The position numbers and the translations under genes are program-made. A DNA stretch of 64,000 bases from a virus, in the IMG/VR virus record IMGVR_UViG_3300047301_000191; one strand, given 5' to 3'. Below, in pieces: positions 35,396 to 45,199 of this stretch; position 1 is the stretch's first letter; every line of letters begins with the position of its first letter. The notes beneath the pieces are model-generated. The model was not told the DNA's origin and did not search any database. It worked only from the letters and a program-made list of their open reading frames with translations.

Positions 35396-35743
35396 ATGAA
35401 GCTAGATCTTATGGCTGTGGTTATGGAGACTGCAATGCCAAAAGTTTTTAACCGATATCATCGTACTGCAGGTGCAGATGCAATTTATGTAGGTCGTCCA
35501 ACTAAATGGGGAAACCCATATACGCATCAAGCAGATAAGGCGACGCTCGCCGACTATGTTGTAGCTTCAAGAGAAGAGGCAGTCGATATGTACAGAGAGT
35601 ACATAATGGCAAACCCAATCCTCCTAAAGGCATGTCAAGAAGAGCTAAAAGGAAAAGATCTAGTTTGTTTCTGCGCGCCCAAAGCATGCCATGCCGATAT
35701 TCTAATTGAAATAGCCAATCAAACTCCAAAGGAGACATCGTGA
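35396..35743 (+). CDS. DUF4326-domain protein
   Basis: YVGRPTKWGNPY ... LKGKDLVCFCAPKACHADIL matches the DUF4326 signature. Confidence 0.65.
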   Translation: MKLDLMAVVMETAMPKVFNRYHRTAGADAIYVGRPTKWGNPYTHQADKATLADYVVASREEAVDMYREYIMANPILLKACQEELKGKDLVCFCAPKACHADILIEIANQTPKETS

Positions 35744-35855
35744 ATAAAAAGACCATGGAGGCAATAGCAACAGTCGTATTGTCATCTGTACTGATCTCCT
35801 TGCCAATTGCGGCTCTAGCATTGATTGAGCACTTGATAATCTCGGGGCAATAAAT

Positions 35856-36893
35856 ATGAGCAAGCTACTAACAAGAGATGAATTCAGGCGCGCAGTATTT
35901 GCGCGCGACAATAATCTTTGCGTTGTTTGCAAAGAGCCGGCTGACGCTGCCCATCACATCATTGAGCGAAGACTCTTTGTTGATGGAGGTTATTACCTTG
36001 ACAACGGAGCTTCGCTTTGTCCAGCTTGCCATATTCGTGCAGAAGAAACAACTCTTTCAGTAGAGGATGTCAGGTCGGCTGCCGAGATAAGAAACAAAGT
36101 AATTCCACCTCATCTATATGATGACACAGAGTACACGAAGTGGGGAGACGTAATCCTTAGCAATGGCGACAGGCTCCGCGGTGAATTGTTTGATGACGCC
36201 TCTGTGCAAAAGATATTGGCGCAAGGCAAAGTATTAAATCTCTATCGCCATTACGTAAAATATCCGCGCACGAATCATTTTCATTTTTCTCCTGGAATGA
36301 ACTCAGATGATCGCGCACTGCCGGATGAGTCTTGCTTTGAAGGCAAAGATGTCGTTGTAACAGAGAAACTCGACGGAGAGTCCTGTACTCAATATTCTGA
36401 CCACATCCATGCGCGATCAGTTGAATCAAAAAATCACTTATCTAGAAACGCAGTAAAGGTAATCCATGGCGCGATTGCCCATGACATCCCAAATGGTTGG
36501 AGAATTTGCGGTGAGAATCTCTGGGCAAAGCACTCAATCTATTACGACAATTTGAAATCGTACTTTATGGTATTTTCGATTTGGAATGAAAAGAACATTT
36601 GCCTGTCATGGAAGGAGACTTTGGAATGGTGCGAGTTGCTCGGCCTAACTCCAGTGCCAGTACTATATGAAGGCAAGTTTGACATCAATGAGCTTAAAAA
36701 GATTGAGAAGAGTCTTGACTTAACAAAGTCAGAAAGCTACGTTTGCCGAGACAGTGGTAGCTTTCATTTCTCTAAGTTTCCTGTGAGTGTTGCTAAATTC
36801 GTTCGAGCCGGCCACGTTCAAACAAGTCAGCACTGGATAAACCAAAAGCTGACTCCTAATTTACTAGCAGACAGAAACATTAAAGTAGGCTAA
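35856..36893 (+). CDS. HNH nuclease domain fused to an RNA-ligase-like nucleotidyltransferase domain
   Basis: HNH: CVVCKEPADAAHHIIERRL...NGASLCPACH; ligase motif I VVTEKLDGESC; later ICGENLWAKHS and KFVRAGH. Confidence 0.6.
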   Translation: MSKLLTRDEFRRAVFARDNNLCVVCKEPADAAHHIIERRLFVDGGYYLDNGASLCPACHIRAEETTLSVEDVRSAAEIRNKVIPPHLYDDTEYTKWGDVILSNGDRLRGELFDDASVQKILAQGKVLNLYRHYVKYPRTNHFHFSPGMNSDDRALPDESCFEGKDVVVTEKLDGESCTQYSDHIHARSVESKNHLSRNAVKVIHGAIAHDIPNGWRICGENLWAKHSIYYDNLKSYFMVFSIWNEKNICLSWKETLEWCELLGLTPVPVLYEGKFDINELKKIEKSLDLTKSESYVCRDSGSFHFSKFPVSVAKFVRAGHVQTSQHWINQKLTPNLLADRNIKVG

Positions 36894-36904
36894 AGGCCTA
36901 AAGA

Positions 36905-37255
36905 TTGGATCGACAAATGGCAAAGTGGAATCGGTTAATTCCTTATGTAAAAGATCAAATAGTAGAGTATGCAGGCACAAGCACTCGCGGATTCTCCAAC
37001 CCTAATCCAGATATCGTATGGAGACCGCTATTTGAATTTGAAGCGTCAATGACATTTTCATCTATTCAAAAGGGAAGAAGTAGCGTCACCGTTTACTTCA
37101 CAGACACAAAGGGTAAAACGCACCCATTCTTTCTGTCTGAATTCCAGAGGGCAATTCCTTTTATGTCAAGAGGAAAAATCAAAGGGAAATTCACTCAAGC
37201 CAAAAGAGGTTCTAACTTCGGGACGTGCGTTGTTGATCTTGAGCAGCTACCATAA
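36905..37255 (+). CDS. Hypothetical protein
   Basis: ORF; alternative ATG at 36917. Confidence 0.4.
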   Translation: MDRQMAKWNRLIPYVKDQIVEYAGTSTRGFSNPNPDIVWRPLFEFEASMTFSSIQKGRSSVTVYFTDTKGKTHPFFLSEFQRAIPFMSRGKIKGKFTQAKRGSNFGTCVVDLEQLP

Positions 37256-37293
37256 GGGGCAATAATACAGTAAGTTCTTAGGACTGTTGTTGC

Positions 37294-37319
37294 CAGCAAA
37301 ACCTCGGCCAGCAGATCCT
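37294..37319 (+). promoter_or_regulatory. Recurrent motif copy 6 (TTGCCAGCAAAACC-N10-GATCCT)
   Basis: 26 nt upstream of ATG 37346. Confidence 0.45.
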
Positions 37320-37345
37320 CGTCGACGTCATCAAAGAAGGCAAGC

Positions 37346-37636
37346 ATGAGCGAAGAAAACAAAGAAGCAATTTGTACAACAAGGACAGATGACAAACCTT
37401 GCCTTAAGCCAATCGCTGACTGGATTGCTTCTCCTGAGGCAAATGTCGCGCCGCAAGGCTACTGTACAGATGCATTCTATTTTAAATTTAACTGTGAAGA
37501 GATTGCTGATCGTTTTAATAACCTTCACATCGATCTAGTTGGAATTATGGGAGAAGACCTTGTGAAACTCTCAGGCGTTACGGATGTCTTGGCTTTGCTA
37601 ACGGCAATAAGTAAAATGCCAACCGCTGACGAATAA
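37346..37636 (+). CDS. Hypothetical protein
   Basis: ORF downstream of motif copy 6. Confidence 0.45.
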   Translation: MSEENKEAICTTRTDDKPCLKPIADWIASPEANVAPQGYCTDAFYFKFNCEEIADRFNNLHIDLVGIMGEDLVKLSGVTDVLALLTAISKMPTADE

Positions 37637-37653
37637 AGCATATAGGAGCGCCC

Positions 37654-37866
37654 ATGATCATCATAGACATTTCTTCAGGTGAAAGTATTGACCTACCTGC
37701 CACTACAGCCAACACTCCGCCAGTTGAACTTGAAGGCTATGACAGTCTCCCGCTTGGCCAGCTTGAGGTGGTTCCTGCCGAAAACAAAACAGAGGAGTTC
37801 GATCCAAGCTGGGCAGATAGCGAAGCATACCCAGTGATTGATTTTAACAAGATTGCACCGCAATGA
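37654..37866 (+). CDS. Hypothetical acidic small protein
   Basis: ORF with GGAGCG RBS. Confidence 0.4.
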   Translation: MIIIDISSGESIDLPATTANTPPVELEGYDSLPLGQLEVVPAENKTEEFDPSWADSEAYPVIDFNKIAPQ

Positions 37867-38237
37867 ATTTAAGCCTTTGGAGTATTGTATCAAATCCAGG
37901 ACATATGCTGCACAAAAATGCGCATGTATTAAAAATGGAAAACTCAAAACATATTCCAGCCATCTGGATTCCAAACGTCATCCCGGTCTATGAAAGAGAT
38001 ATCTGGATTCTGGATGATGCGTTGCACGTCGCAACCCTAAATGAAGAACAGGTTTTGCCTTCTGTGATTTGGCGAGACGCACTGTTTTGGTATTTTGAAA
38101 AGAAGCTTCACCGTATCAGCGGACCTGCCATAATTTGTTTGCGAAGAAAGGTTGCCACCTACGTTACCAATGGTAGTAACAGGGAAGAAAGGCAACTAAC
38201 AGAAAGTGAAATCAATGAGTTTCTACACGGGTTTTAG
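37863..38237 (+). CDS. Hypothetical protein (N-term MNLSLWSIV)
   Basis: ATGA overlap. Confidence 0.4.
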   Translation: MNLSLWSIVSNPGHMLHKNAHVLKMENSKHIPAIWIPNVIPVYERDIWILDDALHVATLNEEQVLPSVIWRDALFWYFEKKLHRISGPAIICLRRKVATYVTNGSNREERQLTESEINEFLHGF

Positions 38238-38332
38238 CACAGCAGTCGGAGCAAGCAGTGGCTTGCTCTTTTTTGTTCTTCTTGCGCCATTCTTCCTACT
38301 GGGTTTGGTCTTGTTATTCTTTGGAGGTTGAG

Positions 38333-39472
38333 ATGATGGACTTCGATCTATATAGTCATACCAGCCTACTTTGCCGTTCGGGCAGCAGGCTGTACGGAAT
38401 CAATAACGCTGATTCCGACATCGATGTGCAGGGCTGCGCAGTACCGCCGGTTAAGTACTGGCTTTCAAACCTAGAGTTTGAACAGTCAAACGATGCGGCA
38501 AAGCTACAAGACGCACGATTCATGGCATTGTTTACTGACGATGAACGAAAGATCATCGCAGCGACTAAGCTTGAAGGAACAATCTACGGCGTAAAGAAGT
38601 ACATTCATCTGGCGGGAGAAAGCAATCCCAATGTGCTTGATGGTGTTTGGGCTCCAGATAGCGCAGTCCTTCGTTGCGACCGAATCGGAGAATTGATTCG
38701 AGAGAATCAAAAATTGTTCCTTACCCTGTCGGCACTTCCTCGGTTTGTTGGTTACTCAGTTGGCCAGCTTAAAAAGATGAACTTGCACAGGCAGTATTTT
38801 GCCAATCCTAGGCTTGTCAAACCAGAGCGAGCCAACTACAATCTCAACGCCCCAGACGATTATACACCTAATGAATTGGACGCGCTGCGAGCCGCAATCA
38901 AAAAGCAGGTAGATTCTTGGCAGCCATCTTTCACCGACAAAATGAGTCAGGTGGATATCATTGCAATCAAAGATCACTTTAGCCGAACTCTTGAAGAGAT
39001 GTCAATCGCCCAGGAAGATCGATACCTACTGGCGGAACGTCGACTCGGGGTGCCCGGCTCACTAAAGGAATACTTTGAGAAGGAGCGCCGCTTCCAATTG
39101 GATATGGATGCATTCAAAGATTACCAGAAGTGGCTTAAGGATCGCAACCCAGCGCGTGCGGCCTTGGAAGCAAAGGTTGGATACGACACTAAGTTTGCCG
39201 TGCATCTGATTCGTTTGCTTCGTGCTTGCTGTGATATCTTGCGCACTGGAACCTATATGGTTGATCGTACAAATATTGACGCAGAGCTGCTACGAGAAAT
39301 CCGAGCTGGCAACTTTAAGTATGAAGATATTCTTGCCATGAGTGATGCACTAAAGGTAGAGGCTTTTGAGCTTGGAAAGTTAAATCCTAAAGGCTTGCCA
39401 CAGCAGCCACAGCATGACAAAATCAATGATCTTCTGGTCAATATTGCAAAGAGTAGCTTTGGATGGAACTAG
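38333..39472 (+). CDS. Pol-beta-superfamily nucleotidyltransferase (predicted; PF10127-like)
   Basis: ATG after GGAGG RBS; NTase motif GSRLYGINNADSDIDVQG. Confidence 0.6.
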   Translation: MMDFDLYSHTSLLCRSGSRLYGINNADSDIDVQGCAVPPVKYWLSNLEFEQSNDAAKLQDARFMALFTDDERKIIAATKLEGTIYGVKKYIHLAGESNPNVLDGVWAPDSAVLRCDRIGELIRENQKLFLTLSALPRFVGYSVGQLKKMNLHRQYFANPRLVKPERANYNLNAPDDYTPNELDALRAAIKKQVDSWQPSFTDKMSQVDIIAIKDHFSRTLEEMSIAQEDRYLLAERRLGVPGSLKEYFEKERRFQLDMDAFKDYQKWLKDRNPARAALEAKVGYDTKFAVHLIRLLRACCDILRTGTYMVDRTNIDAELLREIRAGNFKYEDILAMSDALKVEAFELGKLNPKGLPQQPQHDKINDLLVNIAKSSFGWN

Positions 39473-39711
39473 CGGTATATAAAATCCTCAAGCCATACAT
39501 TGAGATGTATGGCCTCTCTCCGCCAGTAAAGAATATGTGGCATACAGATACTGAAAGCTTAACGTTTAATTTCCCAAGCGAAGATGGACGTTGCCTATGT
39601 AGTGTTTGGATTTCTGGAGATAGAAGTATCGCTCAAGTCACAATTCAAAACGGACCTACCCGATGGGTCAAGACCCCTGCAACAGTAGTAGGTCAAAGGA
39701 ATCTGCGATAG
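39463..39711 (+). CDS. Hypothetical small protein
   Basis: ORF overlapping the upstream stop. Confidence 0.3.
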   Translation: MELAVYKILKPYIEMYGLSPPVKNMWHTDTESLTFNFPSEDGRCLCSVWISGDRSIAQVTIQNGPTRWVKTPATVVGQRNLR

Positions 39712-40165
39712 ACTCAAAGCCAAGTTCATCAGCCAGATTTGCAGACTTGACGAGCTCAATCGCCAAGCTAGATTTAATGCCAATTGAGTGAGTCGTTGCT
39801 CCAAAAAAAGAACTTTGTTCCTTTTCTTTGGAGAGTTCTTTTAGTCTAGCCGCACCACCCCAGTCAGCGAAAACGCGGTCGAGAACTTTGGCTAGCTTAG
39901 TGGCAGAACGACCAAACTCTTTGTCAAGATCAGCTTGCTCTTCTGCACTCAGATACTTGAACTCAATCAAGTCTTTGCTAGCGGCGTTAAGTTCATCATG
40001 AAGCAACATAGTCGCGTAAATGTACGAATGCCAACTTCTGAACGTGCTCACGTAATATTTGACAGAGTCAATAAGATTGTTAGCCTCCAAAGTTTTAGGA
40101 TTGGCGGCCAGCTCAACATAATGGCGAAGTCTTTCTATTGCAAACGTAACACCTAGGCTTCTCAT
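39668..40165 (-). CDS. Hypothetical protein (opposite strand)
   Basis: 165-aa ORF with no competing + strand ORF over most of its length. Confidence 0.35.
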   Translation of the reverse strand: MRSLGVTFAIERLRHYVELAANPKTLEANNLIDSVKYYVSTFRSWHSYIYATMLLHDELNAASKDLIEFKYLSAEEQADLDKEFGRSATKLAKVLDRVFADWGGAARLKELSKEKEQSSFFGATTHSIGIKSSLAIELVKSANLADELGFESIADSFDLLLLQGS

Positions 40166-40198
40166 ATGTAGATTCGCAACGATTAAAAGAAAGCAACT

Positions 40199-40414
40199 AT
40201 GCCATTTAGACCAAAGCCAAAAAAGAAAACGAAGGTCGACAAAGCTATCTCTAAGGCGATGATAGTGATTGGCTATGCTTTGGGTTTAGCTGTTGTTGCG
40301 TTACATGGCATAGGAATAAAAGGACCGGCGGAAAAACTTCTCGCCCGCACGCCGCCGACTAAGTATAGACGAAATTCACAGAAACAAAAAGACGGAAACC
40401 CAAGTGACTCTTGA
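40199..40414 (+). CDS. Small membrane protein
   Basis: TM helix AMIVIGYALGLAVVALHGIGI. Confidence 0.4.
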   Translation: MPFRPKPKKKTKVDKAISKAMIVIGYALGLAVVALHGIGIKGPAEKLLARTPPTKYRRNSQKQKDGNPSDS

Positions 40415-40763
40415 TGAATTTGAGGCGCTCAAAACAGGTCTTCTCTTTACTCGTGTCGAAGACATCGACATGGCCCCAGAAACAAATCCCTGGAGCGGAG
40501 CAGAGAACGATTGTTGCAGAATTTTTACTTGCATATTTGCAGACTTTGAAGTCATTGGAGAAGTCTACCGATCAGACCCTGATGACGTCATATGGTGCGA
40601 ATCATGGGAAATAAAGGATGGTGTTGCAGCGGGGCCATATGAAGTCTGGCCTGACGCTGGCCTTAGAATTGTCCTTGATCTCCTAATAAAAAAATACAAC
40701 CAATCCTATCCGATAGGCAATAGCAAAAACTTGGCATTGCCAAGTGCCTATAAAATAATGTGA
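40404..40763 (+). CDS. Hypothetical protein (N-term MTLDEFEAL)
   Basis: GTG start; stop immediately precedes motif copy 7. Confidence 0.4.
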   Translation: MTLDEFEALKTGLLFTRVEDIDMAPETNPWSGAENDCCRIFTCIFADFEVIGEVYRSDPDDVIWCESWEIKDGVAAGPYEVWPDAGLRIVLDLLIKKYNQSYPIGNSKNLALPSAYKIM

Positions 40764-40778
40764 ATCTATTGGGACTGC

Positions 40779-40804
40779 CAGCAAAACCGCGCCGCCACGA
40801 TCCA
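40779..40804 (+). promoter_or_regulatory. Recurrent motif copy 7 (CTGCCAGCAAAACC-N10-GATCCA)
   Basis: 20 nt upstream of ATG 40825. Confidence 0.45.
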
Positions 40805-40824
40805 GACTTCGTAGAAGGAAACCA

Positions 40825-41142
40825 ATGCAAAATCTTACAGAGGAAATGCTAGCTTATTATGGAAGCGAAGAGAATTTGCAATTCATAATGTCTACTAGGG
40901 AATGGGATTTTGAACGGGCAAAGCTTGAGGGCGAAACTTACGAAATCATTTGCAACTATCATTGGGATGAGTCTTTCTCTGGGATTGATAAAGTTCGCAA
41001 GTACATTGAGAAATACTCACTTGATTCTGCAAAAGCCAGTCTCACTCCTCTTGTTCCTGTCGAACTTCCTCGAAAGCAAAAGGTTGCTAATCTTACTGCA
41101 GTCGACACTTTGCAAAAAATACGAGCGCTGCTAAACAAATAA
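40825..41142 (+). CDS. Hypothetical protein
   Basis: ORF with AGGAAACCA RBS. Confidence 0.45.
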   Translation: MQNLTEEMLAYYGSEENLQFIMSTREWDFERAKLEGETYEIICNYHWDESFSGIDKVRKYIEKYSLDSAKASLTPLVPVELPRKQKVANLTAVDTLQKIRALLNK

Positions 41143-41172
41143 ATATATCTAGGGAGCGCCTCGGTGAAGCCA

Positions 41173-42117
41173 TTAACAAAAACGGCCTGAATCATCCCTT
41201 TTTATTTTCTTCGGTGGCTTTGTTAATACCAAATTTGAAACTTGGGTTATCAATTCTAGATTCTTTGGTACCTTTGTCCATGTGACATGAACTCTGGGAC
41301 TCTTTGTGCATGCAAGCCAATCCTTCTTTTTAAGGATATAGAATGTCCCGTTTAGAGGGGTGTCTATCCTCCACATAGTATCTTTGTTGATGGCTTTGCC
41401 CATTCGTCGCAATGATATCTTTGCCTGCATTTCCATAGCTCTTTCTTCACCGTATATTTCTTTAAACGTCTTCCCCTTTAATGCTAAAGGTTTGGCTCGA
41501 ATCCACTCTGGAAAAACATATGTATCTGAACACAGTGGTGATAGTTTTGCGTAGGCGCTTACTCTATCGGTCATCCATTCATTTTCCCAAATCGTGATTA
41601 TGTGGTAACCGAGATTTCGCAACAGAAACTTTCTTCGCATATCTTTGCTCCATTTCTCTTTCGCCGTCATTTTCAATATAGGGTGAAAATAATCGGGAGC
41701 GTAAAGCTTTGGGTTGCAATGCCAGAAGTCCCCATTGTATTCTACGATAATTTTCTTGTCAATGTTTAAGATGTCCGCTGTAAGGCCTGAGCCTGGGATG
41801 AGTATTTCTAATTCGTATCCGTATATTTTCAACATTTCGTAAATCGCAGTTTGCGCTTTTGATATATACCCTACGTGGGAGTTTTTAAAGTATTTGCGAA
41901 AATGCAGTTCCTTTGCAATTGGGTCTTTTAACTTTTCACGCAGAGCAGAGTTGGCCCGCTTAACCTGTGTCTGTTGGGCCTCAGGACTCATCGCCTGGTA
42001 ACGTTCGCTTGTGAAGCGACCTCTGTTTGGCTTTAATTCACCCATTTCATTATAGGTAGCTAGCAACCCGGCCGCTCTACTGTTGAGAGGTCGGGAGCAT
42101 TTGCCGCAATACTCCAT
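41173..42117 (-). CDS. Putative homing endonuclease, Vsr/DUF559-like PD-(D/E)XK fold with NUMOD3-like motif (free-standing, opposite strand)
   Basis: IVEYNGDFWH core; GEERAMEMQAKISLRRMGK resembles NUMOD3; AT-rich divergent promoter region at 42118-42262. Confidence 0.5.
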   Translation of the reverse strand: MEYCGKCSRPLNSRAAGLLATYNEMGELKPNRGRFTSERYQAMSPEAQQTQVKRANSALREKLKDPIAKELHFRKYFKNSHVGYISKAQTAIYEMLKIYGYELEILIPGSGLTADILNIDKKIIVEYNGDFWHCNPKLYAPDYFHPILKMTAKEKWSKDMRRKFLLRNLGYHIITIWENEWMTDRVSAYAKLSPLCSDTYVFPEWIRAKPLALKGKTFKEIYGEERAMEMQAKISLRRMGKAINKDTMWRIDTPLNGTFYILKKKDWLACTKSPRVHVTWTKVPKNLELITQVSNLVLTKPPKKIKRDDSGRFC

Positions 42118-42262
42118 ACCATGAAACGATAATCGTTTTACAAAAACCCTTTCCTTTTCGTAAAAAAACCTTATGGCAACTGTCGCATTTTATCTCCATG
42201 TATGGCACGCATGTTTTTTTATTTATTTTCGCCTTTGTGCCATTGTCATGAACTAATATAAT

Positions 42263-42706
42263 ATGCGGCCACTTAAGTATCATATATCTTCCTCAGTTAA
42301 TTGTGAGGACAATTACAGCAAGGCAAGGGAACAAGTGAACCTATCGGCATACTACATCAGACACTTAAATCTTGCCGAGCAATTTGCTGAGTATGCTATT
42401 GATTCGGCTGAATCGGAGCTGACCACTCTCTCAGATAAAGATTACATATCTATATACCGACATGAAACACAAGTCTCATTCTTTCAAGTTGGAGCAACTG
42501 CTTTCGGTACTCGTGATAATGAAACTCTTAGAGACGTATTTGTAATAAATGGCGGTGATCGCATCACGATGAGAGTCTTTAAAGATCAAGATTTAGTTTG
42601 CATGTATATTCAAAGCAAAAGAGTTTTCGATATCTTGGCAGTTAAATCTCATCCTATGTGGAGTAGGGTTGACAGGCGAATCGCTAAAATTGTAGACCAC
42701 CTCTGA
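42263..42706 (+). CDS. Hypothetical protein
   Basis: ORF after AT-rich intergenic region. Confidence 0.45.
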   Translation: MRPLKYHISSSVNCEDNYSKAREQVNLSAYYIRHLNLAEQFAEYAIDSAESELTTLSDKDYISIYRHETQVSFFQVGATAFGTRDNETLRDVFVINGGDRITMRVFKDQDLVCMYIQSKRVFDILAVKSHPMWSRVDRRIAKIVDHL

Positions 42707-42722
42707 AACCCAGAAAGAAAAA

Positions 42723-43163
42723 ATGACTACTGCAAATTCACCGACAACCACAGAACAATTTGTGTCTGACCTAAAAGTCTATCTTCAGGCATTTCATAAA
42801 AATGCTGTACTTGACTCAAAGAGATCAAAGCGACTCAAGAAATATTGTGATAACCTACTAACTGCAAGGCCAGAATTCCGCTTCTATCAAGCCGAGTTAG
42901 TATTTTCTTGCACGATTCCTTTGATGGCCAAGGATAAAAAGACTCCATTCTACCTTGAAAAGAAGGTGACAACAAGGGATGGCTGGGAATACTTTGTCAC
43001 TGTAGCAAACTCAATTCCAGAAGAGTTCGCTCAAACGATTGAGGAATCCTCGCACCTTAGAGCAAAAATTTATGCAGCAGAAGATCCGGCTGGCCAGAGG
43101 TCTTGGAACAGCCGTCAATTGCTAAGCTTTAGCTTTGATCTAACTTCAAAAGAAGGCAAGTAA
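42723..43163 (+). CDS. Hypothetical protein
   Basis: ORF with AGAAAGAAAAA RBS. Confidence 0.45.
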   Translation: MTTANSPTTTEQFVSDLKVYLQAFHKNAVLDSKRSKRLKKYCDNLLTARPEFRFYQAELVFSCTIPLMAKDKKTPFYLEKKVTTRDGWEYFVTVANSIPEEFAQTIEESSHLRAKIYAAEDPAGQRSWNSRQLLSFSFDLTSKEGK

Positions 43164-43165
43164 AA

Positions 43166-43498
43166 ATGCTACCAGATATTAGAATACTTCAAGCTGCGAT
43201 TGACAAAAACAAAGAGGACCAAGCAGCCGCGAATACGCTTGCCAATAAAGCGGCCGTAATTTCATCAATAGACTCGGTATTAATTCCAAGTCTTAAGAAT
43301 GCCGTAGCAGAAATCATCGCAGGAAAATCATCCAGAAGTTACTGGAAGGATCGAGTAACGGTCGCTGGTACAATCATTGACTCATTGACATTACTAGACA
43401 TTCAACAGCATTACGCAGATCTGATGCCAGGTTACGTAGTTACCGTGTCAAGCAAACTCGATCAGTACACTATGCATGTGCAATTTAGCGAAAGATGA
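43166..43498 (+). CDS. Hypothetical protein
   Basis: ORF, + strand. Confidence 0.4.
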   Translation: MLPDIRILQAAIDKNKEDQAAANTLANKAAVISSIDSVLIPSLKNAVAEIIAGKSSRSYWKDRVTVAGTIIDSLTLLDIQQHYADLMPGYVVTVSSKLDQYTMHVQFSER

Positions 43499-43504
43499 AC
43501 GGCA

Positions 43505-43873
43505 GTGAACATTGAGGACTACCAATTCATCAAGCCATTCTCTGATCGATATGAGCTTGTTAAAATACCAAATGACCTACCTAGATTTCGCCCACCACTT
43601 GCTGTGGCTCAGGTGTTTGACAAATTCTTTATAAAAATTCGATCAACAAGTTTGACTGAAGACAAGTACAAGGGATGGTATTTTCTAGAGATGTCAGAGC
43701 AGCCGACCCATGATTTATTCGAATTAAGTCTTAATTGGATCAGGTGTTCTCTTGATGGTAGTTCTTTAGAGTGTGGAGGCGATTGGGACAAGCTGTTTCC
43801 ACTGCAAAAATGGTGGCCATTTGTTTATACAAAAGTAGTCTTTTTAGACAGGACAAATGACGATGCAGCTTAA
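43505..43873 (+). CDS. Tandem paralog family C, member 1
   Basis: N-term MNIEDYQFIKPFSDRYELVKIP; C-term LFPLQKWWPF. Confidence 0.5.
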   Translation: MNIEDYQFIKPFSDRYELVKIPNDLPRFRPPLAVAQVFDKFFIKIRSTSLTEDKYKGWYFLEMSEQPTHDLFELSLNWIRCSLDGSSLECGGDWDKLFPLQKWWPFVYTKVVFLDRTNDDAA

Positions 43874-44216
43874 TGATTATGAGTTTCTCAGCGCCTTTGC
43901 AAATCGCTTCACGCTGATTAAAATGCCTGCTCGCGGACCTTATGATCCGCCAGGAGGAATTGCTGTGTTTATGGTTGCAGACTCGCTCTTCTTGAAGATA
44001 TCGTATTGTAGCGGTGACAACGACTGCTACTTTGTGGACTTCTCCAGGTACACATCCCCCTTTGCTTTTGAAGAGAGCACGGCCTGGCTAATATCCGACG
44101 GTAATGGAAAGATCATAAAATGTGCGCCCTACAGCATAGAAGACACATCCAATCATTGGTTTGAAAATATTCCTCTGTCAACCTATTGGCCATTTGATGT
44201 GGAGCAGAAGAAATGA
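43857..44216 (+). CDS. Tandem paralog family C, member 2
   Basis: N-term MQLNDYEFLSAFANRFTLIKMP; C-term IPLSTYWPF. Confidence 0.5.
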   Translation: MTMQLNDYEFLSAFANRFTLIKMPARGPYDPPGGIAVFMVADSLFLKISYCSGDNDCYFVDFSRYTSPFAFEESTAWLISDGNGKIIKCAPYSIEDTSNHWFENIPLSTYWPFDVEQKK

Positions 44217-44587
44217 ATTTAGACCATTATGCGTTCCTTCAGCCTTTCATTGAGCGTTACGAATGTCGCACGGTTGATGTTGATGGCAGTCATTACCTAA
44301 TCGTCAAAGTGCATGATCATCTTTTCTTTTGCATTGAAAGAATGCGGGCAATGCCCGAAGAGTATTGGTGGATAGATATTTCGCAGTCTGACATCATGAA
44401 TAAATTCGTGGTTTCGTCTGTCTACATTCATGCGTCCAAAGATGGGATGCGATTGACGATGGAACGCGGCGTTATTGATCGTGAGTGGAATGCAGCTCAA
44501 GTAGGCGCATTTTGGTTTTACCAGACAGATCTATTGAGTCTCTGGCCATTTGCTGGAGCTACTCTTTCTCCTTTCAAAGAAGAATAA
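44213..44587 (+). CDS. Tandem paralog family C, member 3
   Basis: N-term MNLDHYAFLQPFIERYECRTVD; C-term LLSLWPF. Confidence 0.5.
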   Translation: MNLDHYAFLQPFIERYECRTVDVDGSHYLIVKVHDHLFFCIERMRAMPEEYWWIDISQSDIMNKFVVSSVYIHASKDGMRLTMERGVIDREWNAAQVGAFWFYQTDLLSLWPFAGATLSPFKEE

Positions 44588-44588
44588 C

Positions 44589-44933
44589 GTGAACTTAGAA
44601 TGTTATGCCTTTATCAAGCCGTTCATGGATCAATATAAATTCAAAATAGCCCCCATCGACGATGGCAGTGGTGAAGTCATGATGACTGTAGAAATAGAAG
44701 AAGATTTCTATTTACGCTTCGCATCTAGATTGAATTTATCAGACCCATATTTCTTTATTGCATTTGCGTCTACCGATAGCGATAAGGCATTCGGAAATTC
44801 TATGATCTACATGTCTGCCTCGTTGCTGTCTTCTAGGATTAGAGTCTACTCGACTAACGAAATCGTGGCTAAGAAGATCGCAGCGATTTGGCCACACTAT
44901 CCCAGAGACATAGTTCTGGTAAATGACTTATGA
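44589..44933 (+). CDS. Tandem paralog family C, member 4
   Basis: GTG start; N-term VNLECYAFIKPFMDQYKFKIAP; C-term IAAIWPHYP. Confidence 0.45.
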   Translation: MNLECYAFIKPFMDQYKFKIAPIDDGSGEVMMTVEIEEDFYLRFASRLNLSDPYFFIAFASTDSDKAFGNSMIYMSASLLSSRIRVYSTNEIVAKKIAAIWPHYPRDIVLVNDL

Positions 44934-45199
44934 GGTTTGTTTCATGGCTCATTGAAAAGATCACAGCTGGACGTGAAGACATTTGGTCCGCGCTTGAGGG
45001 GCTTGAGGAGCCTGAGCCAGAGTGGACGGTTCTTTACACAAATAATGGTAGCCGCACCATGTACCAAGTTCTACACAAAGAACAATCCAAATGGAAAGTC
45101 TGGGGCTTGCCACAATATTCTTTGCTTTGGGCTAACCAACTCATTGAACGCTCAAAAGGACCACAATGTATTTCGACTGCAAAAACTGCAAAAAAGTAA
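44930..45199 (+). CDS. Hypothetical protein
   Basis: ATGA overlap. Confidence 0.4.
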   Translation: MRFVSWLIEKITAGREDIWSALEGLEEPEPEWTVLYTNNGSRTMYQVLHKEQSKWKVWGLPQYSLLWANQLIERSKGPQCISTAKTAKK

